38,108 nt of DNA from a virus (taxonomy: Duplodnaviria > Heunggongvirae > Uroviricota > Caudoviricetes). The position numbers and the translations under genes are program-made. The stretch lies in IMG/VR virus record IMGVR_UViG_2563366933_000009, positions 1 through 38,108 of that record. The stretch is one strand, 5' to 3'. Under the pieces are notes generated by a model. It made no database searches and had not been told where the DNA came from. It saw nothing but the letters and a program-made list of their open reading frames with translations. Shown piece by piece: positions 9,547 through 20,673 of the stretch (position 1 is its first letter; each line of letters begins with the position of its first letter).

Positions 9547-10239
9547 TTAAAACAACGAGCCAAGCAATCCGATACCAGCACCAATGCCAGCGCCCCAAGG
9601 TGTTGATGTTCCCAAAAGGCTGGCAAGACCTGCACCTGCAATCGCACCAGACGTGCCACCGCTAATTGCAGTCTGAAGACTTGATGGTTTATTGGCATTA
9701 GCAGCGGCAAGTGCTGCGCTTTGCTGTGCAATGCTGCTCATGTTGTTGGCGTATGTCTGCCCAGCGTTTGCCTGACCTTGCAGCGCGCCAAGCCCAACGT
9801 TTGCCAGATTGTTGTAATTGCTCATCTGATTTGATAACCAAGACTGACCGAGTGTCGGCGCGATCGTAGCCAGTTGATTGCTTGTAGCTGTCGAACCAAG
9901 TCCACCAGTCGCCTCCGCAGCAGCAAGACTCTGGTAACGCGCCTGACCTGCAAGGTCTTTATACTGCTGAGAGTTGTAATACTGATTAAGTGCCTGCCCC
10001 TGACCTTCTAAACTGGAAAGATTCTGAAGCTGGTTAACATACTGCTCCGCAAGCGGCGTGAACGGAGCAAGGTTTTTCATGATCGTCTGCCACTGCTGAT
10101 TTTGCAGGTCTGCGGCATACTTCTGAGCTTCTGCTGCATACTTTGCGCTTTTATCAGAGCTGCCACCTTTCCCGCCTTTTTCAGGGCAATAAGGTTCCTC
10201 GCCGCGCAGTTTTCTGCCCAGCTTAAATGCATATAACAT
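9547..10239 (-). CDS. Ejection protein, P22 gp7-like
   Basis: 230-aa ORF with Gly/Ala/Gln-rich low-complexity sequence and hydrophobic C-terminus, in the gp7 position. Confidence 0.75.
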   Translation of the reverse strand: MLYAFKLGRKLRGEEPYCPEKGGKGGSSDKSAKYAAEAQKYAADLQNQQWQTIMKNLAPFTPLAEQYVNQLQNLSSLEGQGQALNQYYNSQQYKDLAGQARYQSLAAAEATGGLGSTATSNQLATIAPTLGQSWLSNQMSNYNNLANVGLGALQGQANAGQTYANNMSSIAQQSAALAAANANKPSSLQTAISGGTSGAIAGAGLASLLGTSTPWGAGIGAGIGLLGSLF

Positions 10240-10241
10240 AG

Positions 10242-10697
10242 CTATCTCCCGTGATTCAGGAAGTCGATTAGTTCTTCGCGTGTGGCGCTGTAAAACGTCA
10301 CGTCATCCACGCCTTTGAAGTATTTCTTGATGGTTCCTACACGATTAAGGCCAATCATTGCGCAATACATCTGACCGTGGCGGAATTTGCGTGCAGCGAA
10401 CGATGTGACGCACTGAACGGTGGTGTTAGTCAGAATGTATCGCCAGAACGCCAGCCCGATTTCCTTGCTGAATCCGCGAACCTCTGGCAGGTACATGGCG
10501 TGGCAATCGAATGTAAGCGGCTGAATCTCCTGGTAGTAAACAATGCCGCCAAACTGACCGTGCACGTTAACCTCAAAGTAACGGCATTCAGGCTTGTAGT
10601 CGTATCCATCACCGTTGTTGCTTCCAGCAATAATGTCAGGGTGATTTCCTACTGCTTCTATCAGGTCGATGTTTCGCGTTGGTTTGAATGTAATCAT
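10242..10697 (-). CDS. Head/DNA stabilisation protein, P22 gp14-like
   Basis: 151-aa ORF in syntenic position between tail needle and gp7-like genes. Confidence 0.75.
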   Translation of the reverse strand: MITFKPTRNIDLIEAVGNHPDIIAGSNNGDGYDYKPECRYFEVNVHGQFGGIVYYQEIQPLTFDCHAMYLPEVRGFSKEIGLAFWRYILTNTTVQCVTSFAARKFRHGQMYCAMIGLNRVGTIKKYFKGVDDVTFYSATREELIDFLNHGR

Positions 10698-11398
10698 CAG
10701 TCAATCAGCCCATGTAATCTAAGTGCTGTTTCAAGCGCCAGAATACGCTGCCGCGCCTGCTGCAAACCTGTAGCGAGAGCTGCGACTTCGGATTGTGTGT
10801 ACGTAGCGCCGACTGTGTATGACTGGTTAGCGTTGAATGAGCCAAGAAGTGGCGTACCTGTGGCTGCAGTCCATCCGGTATTTCTTGCTCCAACAACCTG
10901 AATTCCATCAACTGAATATGATGTTTTTACATCCAGCGGTGACTCAAGAGACTGCAATTCGGTTACGGTTTTCGATACGTAATCACTCTTAATGCCAGAG
11001 ACATCGTTTTCTACGTCATCCAGTCTTTGGTCAACAGTGACCAGATGCCCCTGAATATCGATAACCTCATCCAGCAAGTAATCAACATCGCTACGCAGTA
11101 CGACTATCTTCCCTTCGGCGGTTGTTAACCTGACCTCAAGGAGATTTATCGCTTTTGTGTTTGCGGTGATTCTTGCGTCGTGATCAGCCAGTTCTACGTC
11201 CTGTTCATCGTTTTTTACCTGGGCATCGTAAGCGCCCTGACCAGCCTGATTTGCCTTCCCGGCAATTGCGCCGACATCAGCTCCCTGATTTATGACATAC
11301 AGCAGGTAAGACTGGCTGAATATATTGCGTGGCAAAATCGAAGCATCAAGGCGCGTAGCCTGAACCACGACAGGATCATTCAGTGATGAATCAACCAT
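10697..11398 (-). CDS. Tail needle protein, P22 gp26-like
   Basis: 233 aa; N-terminus [27 protein letters not shown]...[21 protein letters not shown] and C-terminal RLHGLID closely resemble P22 gp26. Confidence 0.9.
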   Translation of the reverse strand: MVDSSLNDPVVVQATRLDASILPRNIFSQSYLLYVINQGADVGAIAGKANQAGQGAYDAQVKNDEQDVELADHDARITANTKAINLLEVRLTTAEGKIVVLRSDVDYLLDEVIDIQGHLVTVDQRLDDVENDVSGIKSDYVSKTVTELQSLESPLDVKTSYSVDGIQVVGARNTGWTAATGTPLLGSFNANQSYTVGATYTQSEVAALATGLQQARQRILALETALRLHGLID

Positions 11399-12816
11399 TA
11401 CTCAATCCTTATCTGGCAGCCAGACAGAGTGACAGGTGACTTCGTGATAACGCGCAATTTGAAGCCGACATTTTTCCTTATTCGCCCGACGCGCTTCCAC
11501 AAAACGCGTTTGTCGTAAACGAACGGTTCATTCTGCTCAATCATCTGCTCACGTCCGTAATTGATGCCGTCAGTGGTTGCAGAGAGAAAAAGGCGGTCAG
11601 CATACTGCGCAACGCCAGTTGAAGATTCAACTTCAAGGTCGAAAACTCTGGCGTTATCTGCTTTGAACAACGGAGTAAACAGCAGGTGTTCCTGTTGCTT
11701 GTCGTACTGGCTGCTGATATCGAACTGCAATTTGCCGGTAACCGATTCCAGCTTATCGCCGCACGTTATCTGATTGCCTTCATAAATGAAGTCGATAGCG
11801 CGGTACACATCGTCATACAGGCCTGTTTTCAGTACACACCATTGCGGACCATTGGCGCTTGAAGATGCGTCGTACACAAGTACGTGGCGCGGAAGGTGGA
11901 TAATCAGCAACTCATGCGCATCAAATCGCAGAGACTCCATCACGCCATCAGCCAGTTCATCAGCAGTGTAGGAGCGTAGTATTTTCTCAATGCTCGCGCT
12001 GGCGATTGGTGATACCTGACCGGAACCGATGATGTACACAGACGGCGCACCTGTTGCCGGATTGCTGATAAACGCATACGAATCAGCGAATGGCGTTTTG
12101 CAGTAAGTTCCGGCAATGCCTTTCTGCACCATCAGCGATGGTTGTGCAACATACAAAGCGGCACCAACGGTTGTTGCACCTGTCAGGGAAAAATATTCAA
12201 TCGTCGATGAACCAAAGCAGACAATGAAGTCTCGCCATGTTCCGATTCCGATGATTCCGTCCGGCTGCGATTCTGCCCGATATTGTGCGCTGTAGCGGTC
12301 AGGATGCGATTCGTCTTCAAGGTCAGTGATAAACCATGAATCAGTTCCGTCTTTTGACCACGCATAACGCCCACGTAAGCGCGTAATGTCGCGAACCGAA
12401 CCTAACTCATACTGCGTGAATCCGCTGTCTGTAGGCCAGTTTGAGACGGTTTTAACCGTGCCATCATAGCGATACTCGACCAGTTGACCATTAACGCCTA
12501 CTGCCTGTGATGTCCTACCGTGCGCCATTGATACGCGGCCACTTCCGGCGACGTCACCGACTTCACTTTCGCCTTTGTAGAGCTTTCCACCACACACACG
12601 ATAAACAGCATTCTGCGCCATGTTGTACTCGACGCCGCGCGATATACCGTTCACATCAGAACGTTTGGCAATGCCCGGGAATGAGCGAAGATATCCGCTG
12701 CTGTTCAGGATTTCTTTGGGTGTAGCCAGCATATTCACTGGCAGATAGTCGATATAGTCGGCGTTTCTAAAGTCTTTGCCGACACCTTTCATAAGCGGAA
12801 GTTGCTGAATCGGCAT
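11398..12816 (-). CDS. Tail accessory/hub protein, P22 gp10-like
   Basis: 472 aa, same length and position as P22 gp10; start overlaps upstream stop. Confidence 0.85.
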   Translation of the reverse strand: MPIQQLPLMKGVGKDFRNADYIDYLPVNMLATPKEILNSSGYLRSFPGIAKRSDVNGISRGVEYNMAQNAVYRVCGGKLYKGESEVGDVAGSGRVSMAHGRTSQAVGVNGQLVEYRYDGTVKTVSNWPTDSGFTQYELGSVRDITRLRGRYAWSKDGTDSWFITDLEDESHPDRYSAQYRAESQPDGIIGIGTWRDFIVCFGSSTIEYFSLTGATTVGAALYVAQPSLMVQKGIAGTYCKTPFADSYAFISNPATGAPSVYIIGSGQVSPIASASIEKILRSYTADELADGVMESLRFDAHELLIIHLPRHVLVYDASSSANGPQWCVLKTGLYDDVYRAIDFIYEGNQITCGDKLESVTGKLQFDISSQYDKQQEHLLFTPLFKADNARVFDLEVESSTGVAQYADRLFLSATTDGINYGREQMIEQNEPFVYDKRVLWKRVGRIRKNVGFKLRVITKSPVTLSGCQIRIE

Positions 12817-12825
12817 TTATTCACC

Positions 12826-13287
12826 TCACGTACTCGGATCATCTTTCTCGATGTAAAACCGATTCCACGTAAACGCGCTTTTGTTACCACTACCGCGAGG
12901 CATGTCATTTCGCCGCTCAAGTGGTGGTATTTTGGTTAAAGCGATACAGATTGTCTGGTATGCGCTGTCAGCAGCGGTAAGGAGAGCATCTGACGGCTGA
13001 ATGACGTTATCCATGCACACTTGCACAGCGAGTTTCAAAGCGACGCCATCATTTGCCCATGCAGGGATACCTGAATCATCGTCAGGTAACGGCATGATGC
13101 CGTTTTCTGTATCCGCAAACTGATATCCAAGCTCGATACCTTTCGCCTGCCATGCTGCCATCATGTCTTCGAGGTCATTAATGGCATCTTCAATTGCCTG
13201 AGGGTCGGCATCTGTCAACGTGGCATTGGAATACAGCCCGGCTTTTCGTAAAGCCTTAAGAACGAGATCACCCTTCGTTTTCGCCAT
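12826..13287 (-). CDS. Head completion / tail adaptor protein, P22 gp4-like
   Basis: 153-aa ORF directly downstream of coat and upstream of the gp10-like gene. Confidence 0.8.
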   Translation of the reverse strand: MAKTKGDLVLKALRKAGLYSNATLTDADPQAIEDAINDLEDMMAAWQAKGIELGYQFADTENGIMPLPDDDSGIPAWANDGVALKLAVQVCMDNVIQPSDALLTAADSAYQTICIALTKIPPLERRNDMPRGSGNKSAFTWNRFYIEKDDPST

Positions 13288-13456
13288 CTTCTTCCGCCTT
13301 AGCCACTTTTTGCTTCGTTGCGGTTTCTTCAGGAGTTTTTACCCAGCCTTTTTTCAGGTGAGATTTAACTTCTTCGTCATCAACAATGATGTAATCGACA
13401 GCAAACTGACCACAGGTGATCATGTTGCCCGGCTTATAGAGCATTGTTCGTGCCAT
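13268..13456 (-). CDS. Small hypothetical protein between coat and gp4-like genes
   Basis: Internal Met (MARTMLYKPG) preceded by AGGGAGAA Shine-Dalgarno; 62 aa with acidic C-terminus. Confidence 0.45.
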   Translation of the reverse strand: MARTMLYKPGNMITCGQFAVDYIIVDDEEVKSHLKKGWVKTPEETATKQKVAKAEEDGENEG

Positions 13457-13470
13457 TGTCTTCTCCCTAT

Positions 13471-13490
13471 AAAAATGGGGCCGAAGCCCC
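13471..13490 (-). terminator. Intrinsic terminator after the coat gene
   Basis: Minus strand: stem GGGGC/GCCCC with TTCG loop followed by ATTTTTAT, 8 nt past the coat stop. Confidence 0.5.
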
Positions 13491-13497
13491 ACCAAAA

Positions 13498-14751
13498 TTA
13501 CTGCCCGGTAATAACGATGCCCGTATATTCAGGAACAAGTACAGAGCAACCATACAGAGTGGTGAAACGAGCAGTGGTTACACCTTTGATGTGGTCGAAG
13601 GCGTAAGACATGATCAGCGTAGCGCCCTGCTCGGTGGTTGCTGTCATTACCTGTGGACCCTGACCAGTCGGGAACGCCAGTTTGCCGTACATCAGCTCAA
13701 CAGAACCATCAGCCCAGAACAGGTTAGCAGGTGCTGCGTTCTTGTTGAGAATGGTGATTGCTGCTGATGCTGCCGGTTTGGCATCGACGTTTGCATATGG
13801 ACGACTCGCAACATCGGCATTTTCAACAGGGAGAATCTTTGGAGAGATTGTTACGGTAGTTCCGCTAACAGCCAGAACACGGAATACCTGCGGTTGCCCG
13901 GTGGTATCTTTTGTGATCTGGTGTACGGAATTCACACCGGCAATGGTGAACGCATCACCAACCTGCAAGCCAGATGCAGATACCGTAATAGTCCCCTGTC
14001 GGTTATCAACTGGCATACCATTTGAATCTTTCGCTTCAACCTTGTGTTCAGGTTGGCCTGATACTGTCAAGGATTCAGCGCTTCCTTTCGGTAATCGACC
14101 AGAAATATCGGTCTTGTAGCTATCAAAGGAAGCAACCGGAGGGATCTGCGCTTTTTCGTATGCTGTCAGGGTTGCGCCCTGAGCATAGGCACGGTGACCA
14201 AGCTCGCCAGCAAGATCTTTGTAGTTGAAGGGGTTCCAGAAAGAGCGACGGTTGATACCCTGAGGTACACCAATCGCCGTCATGGTGGCATCAATGCCTG
14301 CCGCACAGTTCCACAAATCACGGCCCTGTGTACCTGTGGTTGAGTCAGCCATCGTGATCACGTTAGTAGCACGCTGCGTGACCATGGAAATCAGGTCAGA
14401 GTCAATCTGTGCAGCAAGGCGCATACCTGCGGCGCGACCAGCTTCAGTTTTATGTTCCGGGTCACGCATTTCACGCGCATCCAGAGTGTACAGAATGTTT
14501 TTCGGCTCCTTGAACACAGAAGGAACAAGGCGCTGAACCAGTGCTGTTGGCGTTTTGCTGCTGAGGTCGAGGCCTTCCTCAATGTTCATGTGGTAATGCT
14601 GCGGACGATACAGAACATCACCTGCTCGCTGCATTGCTGTATCACCGGGACGGAATTTTTTAGCGTTACGGGAAACTACGCAGGCAGCCTCAAAGCCTTC
14701 AACGTAGTTTTCGAACATGATTTCAAGGTCTTTTGCTAATTGGTTAGCCAT
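13498..14751 (-). CDS. Major coat protein, P22 gp5-like
   Basis: 417-aa ORF following the scaffold gene, followed by a terminator; size and position match the P22-type coat protein. Confidence 0.85.
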   Translation of the reverse strand: MANQLAKDLEIMFENYVEGFEAACVVSRNAKKFRPGDTAMQRAGDVLYRPQHYHMNIEEGLDLSSKTPTALVQRLVPSVFKEPKNILYTLDAREMRDPEHKTEAGRAAGMRLAAQIDSDLISMVTQRATNVITMADSTTGTQGRDLWNCAAGIDATMTAIGVPQGINRRSFWNPFNYKDLAGELGHRAYAQGATLTAYEKAQIPPVASFDSYKTDISGRLPKGSAESLTVSGQPEHKVEAKDSNGMPVDNRQGTITVSASGLQVGDAFTIAGVNSVHQITKDTTGQPQVFRVLAVSGTTVTISPKILPVENADVASRPYANVDAKPAASAAITILNKNAAPANLFWADGSVELMYGKLAFPTGQGPQVMTATTEQGATLIMSYAFDHIKGVTTARFTTLYGCSVLVPEYTGIVITGQ

Positions 14752-14769
14752 GATTAATGCTCCGATAGG

Positions 14770-15663
14770 TTATTTTTTTGCCTTTTTAGCGGCGAAATAC
14801 GGCGTCCAGTCACCAGTTTCCAGCGCCTTGGCTTTCAGTTTGTCGAGGTTATTGATTACTGCGCCGTTGCTCCCCTTAACTGTCGGGGTTGTGGCTGCCG
14901 TGGTTTTTGCTTTTGGCATGATTCTGGCCTTCGATTCGATACGTTCCAGCAGACGACCAATTACTACGGGGTTGGTAGCTTCTGCCAGTTGCTTGCGCAG
15001 TTCAGCGTTGCGACCGAGCGCCAGAACAACGATTTCCGGCTTCTCTGACTCAAACAGGATCGCGTTTTGTGTCTCGATGGGGATTTCCTCGAGTACGGCC
15101 TGTTCAGCTTCCTGATAGCCAGGAACCTTGAGAGCCTTAACACGTTGCTGATATTTGGATAATCGCTCTTGATAGGCAGCCTGAAGCTCCTGCTCCTTCT
15201 GCTTGCGAGCCATCTCCTGTTGCTGGTATTTGCCGTTGTCCTCCGCCCACTTAGCCATGCGTTGCTGGTAGATTTCTTCATCGAAACCGATGTCCTCATC
15301 ATCCAGTTTTGGCATTCGCGGTGGTTGAGTGATTACCGGCTGCTGCTCGACGGGTTTCTGAGACTGACGCATCAGCTCTTTCAGCTCGCGGTCTTTCTCT
15401 TTAATCGTCTTGCGCAGGTGTTTTACCAGTCCATGCTCTGCGCCATCTTCGCTGGTTGGCGAATCCAGCTTTTCGTCACCAAAGTAGAATTCCTGTTCTG
15501 ATTCGTCGTCATCAGTTTCAGTAGCTTCCTCTGCATCATTGCCGGAGGACTCACTGCCATCTTCTGTTTCGACTTCTTCAGCCAGTTCGACATCATCAGG
15601 AATCTGCTCTGACGCGTCGGTTTCGATTTCAACTTCTGGTGTGTTTTCTGCCATCTGGTCCAT
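14770..15663 (-). CDS. Scaffolding protein
   Basis: 297 aa, highly acidic N-terminus, charged coiled-coil-like middle, basic C-terminal tail; between portal and coat genes. Confidence 0.8.
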   Translation of the reverse strand: MDQMAENTPEVEIETDASEQIPDDVELAEEVETEDGSESSGNDAEEATETDDDESEQEFYFGDEKLDSPTSEDGAEHGLVKHLRKTIKEKDRELKELMRQSQKPVEQQPVITQPPRMPKLDDEDIGFDEEIYQQRMAKWAEDNGKYQQQEMARKQKEQELQAAYQERLSKYQQRVKALKVPGYQEAEQAVLEEIPIETQNAILFESEKPEIVVLALGRNAELRKQLAEATNPVVIGRLLERIESKARIMPKAKTTAATTPTVKGSNGAVINNLDKLKAKALETGDWTPYFAAKKAKK

Positions 15664-15753
15664 TTGTTACCCCTGTTTACTCGATGTTCAGCCCATCGGA
15701 AGGCAATAGGGTGCCAGGCCTCATAAAGACAGCCATTGCACGTTATGGGTTAA

Positions 15754-17952
15754 TTACTGCTGTGGTTGTTGCTGAGTTGATTTTTGCAGGATGCTGCTGA
15801 TGTCCATGCGCTGCGCATGGCCCTGAGCCTGACTTTTCAGGACAAGCTCTGCATCAGCACGGGCATTATCTCCTTGCTGTTGCTGGAACTGTCCGAGCAG
15901 TTTCAGAGCCTCGCGGATATCAGATTTCTGCTGGCTATCGGCAGATGCGAGGATTTTCACAACATTTGCCGCTGCAACCTGAGCATCAGTCTGTGCCTGG
16001 AATGCTTTAACCTGAATGGCTGCCTGTTCGTTCTGCGCTTTCTGCAATTCAGCCTGACCAGCAAGAAGCTGACCTTGCGCAGCAACCATAGCCGGATCTG
16101 GCTGACTGGCCTGTTGTTGTTTCGCCTGTTCAACCATCTGCTGTTCTTCAGGCGTTCTCGGCTTGATAACGCCAGACAGAAGCAACTGATTGCGGTTGTA
16201 TTCTTTAAGGTCGTCCATCCCTTCGCCGTCCATATTGTCGAGAATCATCGACGATACAAGGTCGTGCTTCGGCGTTCCTGGTTGGATAAGTGCCAGCATG
16301 GAAAGTAACGACTTAACCGTTGCATCACGGCGAGTAGCGAACGACTGACCGACATCGACAGTCACTTCATAGTTACCCTGCGAAAGGTCGTTAAGCGCGA
16401 TAACCTGCCCTGTCTGACGGTCAACCACTTCACCAGTCATCAGCGCCACGTCATCGCTGCCGTCCTCATTAACGATGCGCATTGGCGTATCGCTGCCATA
16501 GACTTCACGCGCCATAGAAAGCCACACGACGCCAGCGCGGCGCATGGATTTAGCCATGTTGTCCATGTAGATATAGGACTGCGTGTCCATCCGGTTAAAG
16601 ATGCTATCAACGGTATCGGTAGCGACGTTGCTCGGCATGTTCTCAAGCTGCGACGCACCTGTAATTTGCTGAATAGCCGTTCCGGTGTACTGCAATAGCC
16701 CGGCAAGAGCTGGCGGCATTTGTGTCGGAGGTGTATAACTGCTGACCTGAGCCTGCGCAGTAATATCTCCGTTTTTGTTTTTCAGACTGACCATCGGCAG
16801 GAACGCCGGGCGCTTTTTGTTGCGCTCCGCCCAATGAGTGGCAAGAGGACCAGGAATCATGTCAACATCAACTACAGGAATGCCATCACCGCCAGCCTGA
16901 GTAGCGTTATCTGCAATCATGGAAACCATCAGGTTCTCAAGACGCTGTGCATCCATCGCTTTTGCTGCGTGGCCTTCGATTCGCTCCTGATTATCAACAA
17001 ATGAGCGACGCCCATATACCGGGATGAGAGGAATATGTTCGCCCGGAATACGCTTCGGCTCTTCCAGCCATTCAGCACCAGACAGAAGACCGCAATAAAC
17101 TCGGCGTTTCTTCACTGTCCGCTCACCAATCAGTTCGAATGCGCCATCGGTCAGCTCGTCAACAACATCTTTGATTTGCTCTTCATCATAGATTGCCGTT
17201 TCTCCGCTAACAGGGTTGCGCCACGCCGTGAGCTTCACCTTCTCTATGCGAACTTCGTAGTAGCGTCCAACATAGATGGCATCTGGCGTTGACCAGTCAT
17301 ATTGAGTGCCAGTGTCATCTCGAGAAAGGCTTGCCGCGATGGAATCAGGGTATTCAGCCTCGAACGCTTTAGGCGTCATGGAGAACATTTCCATAGCCCA
17401 CATAGCATCAGAGCGGTCATATTGCTTGCTGTCCTGATCAAAGAAGACGCATGTCGCTGGGTCGTAAACAGGGAGAAGGCTTATACGGCGTTGCTCGTTA
17501 CTCGGATCCATTTCATCTTCATAATCGGCACACATGCGGAAACAACCGAATCCGCCCGTTACGGCATCATCAAATGCGTTATCACACGCTTCGCCACCGG
17601 ATGTTTCCTGATAGTCAGCGCGGAATTTGCCGTTCATTTTTTCGGCTAACGCTTCCGATGCCTTGTCATCCTTCGGCCTGAATTTAACGCTGATGCGATT
17701 CTGTCGATACTCGCCAATGATGCGATCACATTCACGGGCAATCTTATTCAGTTCAAAGCGCGGGTAATGCTCAAACCTGCCTTCATCAAATGAGTAACCA
17801 GCGTTTGTGCTGCCTTCCCACTGTGCGCCGGACACCCGGACGAAACGCTGAGCCTCAATAATCTGCTCACGCATATCCTGCGTTGCTGACCAGGCATTAT
17901 CAAAGTTGCACAGCACCTTGCGATGCCAGTCAGTCATCTTTTTTTCTGCCAT
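15754..17952 (-). CDS. Portal protein, P22 gp1-like
   Basis: 732 aa; C-terminal region (KPRTPEEQQMVEQAKQ...PDPAMVAAQGQLLAGQAELQKAQ...RMDI) closely parallels the P22 portal barrel region. Confidence 0.95.
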   Translation of the reverse strand: MAEKKMTDWHRKVLCNFDNAWSATQDMREQIIEAQRFVRVSGAQWEGSTNAGYSFDEGRFEHYPRFELNKIARECDRIIGEYRQNRISVKFRPKDDKASEALAEKMNGKFRADYQETSGGEACDNAFDDAVTGGFGCFRMCADYEDEMDPSNEQRRISLLPVYDPATCVFFDQDSKQYDRSDAMWAMEMFSMTPKAFEAEYPDSIAASLSRDDTGTQYDWSTPDAIYVGRYYEVRIEKVKLTAWRNPVSGETAIYDEEQIKDVVDELTDGAFELIGERTVKKRRVYCGLLSGAEWLEEPKRIPGEHIPLIPVYGRRSFVDNQERIEGHAAKAMDAQRLENLMVSMIADNATQAGGDGIPVVDVDMIPGPLATHWAERNKKRPAFLPMVSLKNKNGDITAQAQVSSYTPPTQMPPALAGLLQYTGTAIQQITGASQLENMPSNVATDTVDSIFNRMDTQSYIYMDNMAKSMRRAGVVWLSMAREVYGSDTPMRIVNEDGSDDVALMTGEVVDRQTGQVIALNDLSQGNYEVTVDVGQSFATRRDATVKSLLSMLALIQPGTPKHDLVSSMILDNMDGEGMDDLKEYNRNQLLLSGVIKPRTPEEQQMVEQAKQQQASQPDPAMVAAQGQLLAGQAELQKAQNEQAAIQVKAFQAQTDAQVAAANVVKILASADSQQKSDIREALKLLGQFQQQQGDNARADAELVLKSQAQGHAQRMDISSILQKSTQQQPQQ

Positions 17953-17953
17953 A

Positions 17954-19369
17954 TCAACCTACACCACAAGGAATTGAGTAACTGGAATAGTCGGGTTGCG
18001 CAGCCGACTCCGGGCAATGCATACACATCATCAACGCATCAGCCAGGTTAGGAGATGGAATACCGAGCTTCTGCTTCATTTCGACCTTAGTCATAAGCTC
18101 CAGCTTCCCGTTGTTATTGAATTTGCGCTGAATCTGCGTCAGTTCTGCAAACAGCTTCTCCAGCATCTTCTCGCCTATCGCTTCTTTGTCAAAGCTCAGC
18201 ATGTCGTCGGGGTCTGCATACTCACCGTGAACAACCGCCCGATATGTCAGATACAGCCTGTCAGCCAGCGCGTAATAGAATTGCGCTCGCTTATTGCGGA
18301 ATACATCGCCAATAGTGCGAACGTTGTCGCCCTGCACGACTTCATCAGCCCATGCCCCGGCCTGATAAGGCGCATCTTCATCGAATGGCGATTCGCTGCC
18401 CTTGAACATCGTGGCGGTGATTTTCTTACCGGAGAACGCTTCCGTTGTCTGTCTGCGTAGCCCAGCACCGACACCATCACCATCCCACAGGTAATGGTCA
18501 GCGCCGTCTTCAATCGCCAGCGAAGTAGCCCAGTCAGCACCATCGTTGATGTCCATCAGCAGACCTTCGGCAATGCGCTTAACCACCGAACCGTGACGCG
18601 ATGCGTAACCTTTAGCATCTGGCCCTGTATCTGACGGGTCATGCGCAGAGACAACCGCGCCTTTCGCTTTCCATCCGAGTTTCTTGTGCGCATCGGTTGC
18701 GGCTTCAAGCCATTCACGTTTGATGATTGCCATATCACTTGCGCTTACTGGCTCACCAAGCCAGATGTGACGATACAGTGTCGGATTTCTGCGTTTGCAC
18801 TCTTCCATCTCCAGGCGGAGGACTTCAGGAAAGTGCGGGTTGTCGGTGTAGTTCACCGTCAGCAGGCAAATATCATCAGGAGGGTTTACGACGAATCGCT
18901 GATAGGTATCGTCGAGGATGTTTTTCGGGTTGAAGCTCACCCATATTTCAGAGAACGGCTTACGGATGGTTGGTATCAGGATATCCCATGATTCCTTCGT
19001 TACCGCTTCCGCTTCTTCCACCCAGCAGATATCAATGCCTTCGAGCGATTTAATCTTCGTCGGGTTGTTTTTGATGCCGTAGAACATGAACTCAGCATTC
19101 GTTCCGAGATGACGAATCATTGAACGCTGAATTTCAAACTCAGCCGAATACCCTTCACGCTCGATGGTGTCTTCAAGCAACCGGATTACCGAATCGCTGA
19201 TACTGTTTTGCAGTTCACGAGCGCAAAGAATACGCACAGGCTGCCGACGCGCCGCTTCAACAAGCAGCCTCGCAATTGCCCATGACTTACCGCTACCTCG
19301 ACCGCCTTTGGCGACTTTGTAGCGATGCGCCTCAATGAACGGTTCAAAGATAGGATTAATCGAGGTCAT
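17954..19369 (-). CDS. Terminase large subunit
   Basis: 471 aa with Walker A-like GGRGSGKS near the N-terminus; overlaps the small-subunit gene. Confidence 0.95.
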   Translation of the reverse strand: MTSINPIFEPFIEAHRYKVAKGGRGSGKSWAIARLLVEAARRQPVRILCARELQNSISDSVIRLLEDTIEREGYSAEFEIQRSMIRHLGTNAEFMFYGIKNNPTKIKSLEGIDICWVEEAEAVTKESWDILIPTIRKPFSEIWVSFNPKNILDDTYQRFVVNPPDDICLLTVNYTDNPHFPEVLRLEMEECKRRNPTLYRHIWLGEPVSASDMAIIKREWLEAATDAHKKLGWKAKGAVVSAHDPSDTGPDAKGYASRHGSVVKRIAEGLLMDINDGADWATSLAIEDGADHYLWDGDGVGAGLRRQTTEAFSGKKITATMFKGSESPFDEDAPYQAGAWADEVVQGDNVRTIGDVFRNKRAQFYYALADRLYLTYRAVVHGEYADPDDMLSFDKEAIGEKMLEKLFAELTQIQRKFNNNGKLELMTKVEMKQKLGIPSPNLADALMMCMHCPESAAQPDYSSYSIPCGVG

Positions 19370-19791
19370 TTTCCGAATAGAGTGCTCATCGGTGATGTTT
19401 CAATCTGAATTGCGCCGCCGTCCTTACCGACAAGCTCGTTAGTTACCTTGTCGCCATACTTACGGGGATTCATTCGGGCCAGCGCCCATTTGCGGGTATC
19501 AACGCGAAGTCTTGCCTTTGCCACCTCGGCGGCATCAGGGATTACGTCGTCAGCAATTTCGAATATCTCTTCGAAAATAGAGTCGGCCCGAGTCTCTGTT
19601 GCCTTCGCGTACTGGTCACGAAACTCCTGATGTTCAGCCAGCCAGCGAAAAACTGATGTTTTGCTCGGCATTCCTGGGCGTTCGCAAACTTTGCGCAGAC
19701 TCTCGCCGGAGGAAAGCAATGCGCAAATGTCATTAGCCACCTCCGGCATATAATCAGAGGGGCGACCACCTTTCTTTTTCTCAGTCGCCAT
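19366..19791 (-). CDS. Terminase small subunit (Sf6 gp1-like)
   Basis: 141 aa; GRPSDYMPEVA...LSSGESL...RMNPRKYGDKV matches the Sf6-type small terminase. Confidence 0.9.
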   Translation of the reverse strand: MATEKKKGGRPSDYMPEVANDICALLSSGESLRKVCERPGMPSKTSVFRWLAEHQEFRDQYAKATETRADSIFEEIFEIADDVIPDAAEVAKARLRVDTRKWALARMNPRKYGDKVTNELVGKDGGAIQIETSPMSTLFGK

Positions 19792-19870
19792 ATTGATTAT
19801 TTCCCTTCTGCTTGCTTATCCCATTCATCGCGGAATTTGGATGGGTTGTCGAAACCTTGAGTTGCCATGT

Positions 19871-20113
19871 TTATGCTCCGGTAGTAAACAGGTCTAACGC
19901 TTCCTTCGATTTACGTACCGCTTCGATTGTGCGGGTCGTGATATCTGAATTAGCGCCGCCTGACTGGAAGTGAATTTTAAATAGCTCAAGCTTCAGCTCG
20001 TCAGTACCAATGAACTGAAATGCTTCTTCTGCGGCTGCGTTCTGGTTCATGACCAGTTTGTAAATCTCTAACTGGAATTTCTGTTCTTCAGTCATGGGAA
20101 TAATCTCTGCCAT
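19871..20113 (-). CDS. Hypothetical protein
   Basis: 80-aa ORF upstream of the terminase genes, co-oriented with the late operon. Confidence 0.5.
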   Translation of the reverse strand: MAEIIPMTEEQKFQLEIYKLVMNQNAAAEEAFQFIGTDELKLELFKIHFQSGGANSDITTRTIEAVRKSKEALDLFTTGA

Positions 20114-20216
20114 TGTTGGCTCCGTTTATCCGTTAAAAGGGATATCAGTTAAGTTATCCCGTGTAGGGTATAAGCCATTATCAAAGCCACTCTGTAGGGA
20201 ATGGCTTTTGTAATAA

Positions 20217-20597
20217 CTACTGTTCGCTTAGCTTCTGCTTCAGCAAGTAACCTTCGAGCATCCAGATTTTGTTTACAGCATTTTGCCGGGCAATCTTCCG
20301 ACCAATTTCTGCATCAAAGTTTTCGGGGCTTGCACAGGCACTCTCTCCGGTGATGGTGAAGCCATTCTTCAGCACCAGTACGCAGAAAGTGAGCAACTTC
20401 AATGGTGATAAATCACGATCGCCTTCTTCTGGTTTTTCCCTGCCACAATATTCGTTGCTGGAAATGGCACCATTTCGTCCATCATAAGCAGTAAAGTAAT
20501 GCTCGCTTTTAATCACGTCTTCGATGTGCTGCGGGGTAACTCGCGGAGCGGTTTTGCCTTTCTCAACGATTTCTTTTTCGATTTGCTGGTCGTTCAT
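20217..20597 (-). CDS. Hypothetical protein
   Basis: 126-aa ORF co-oriented with late genes; no recognisable motif. Confidence 0.5.
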   Translation of the reverse strand: MNDQQIEKEIVEKGKTAPRVTPQHIEDVIKSEHYFTAYDGRNGAISSNEYCGREKPEEGDRDLSPLKLLTFCVLVLKNGFTITGESACASPENFDAEIGRKIARQNAVNKIWMLEGYLLKQKLSEQ

Positions 20598-20673
20598 AAT
20601 TATGACCTTGTTGGTTGTTAAAGATGTTTTTGTGATGGCGATAAAAAGGCCGCCTGAGCGACCTGTTAGTTGT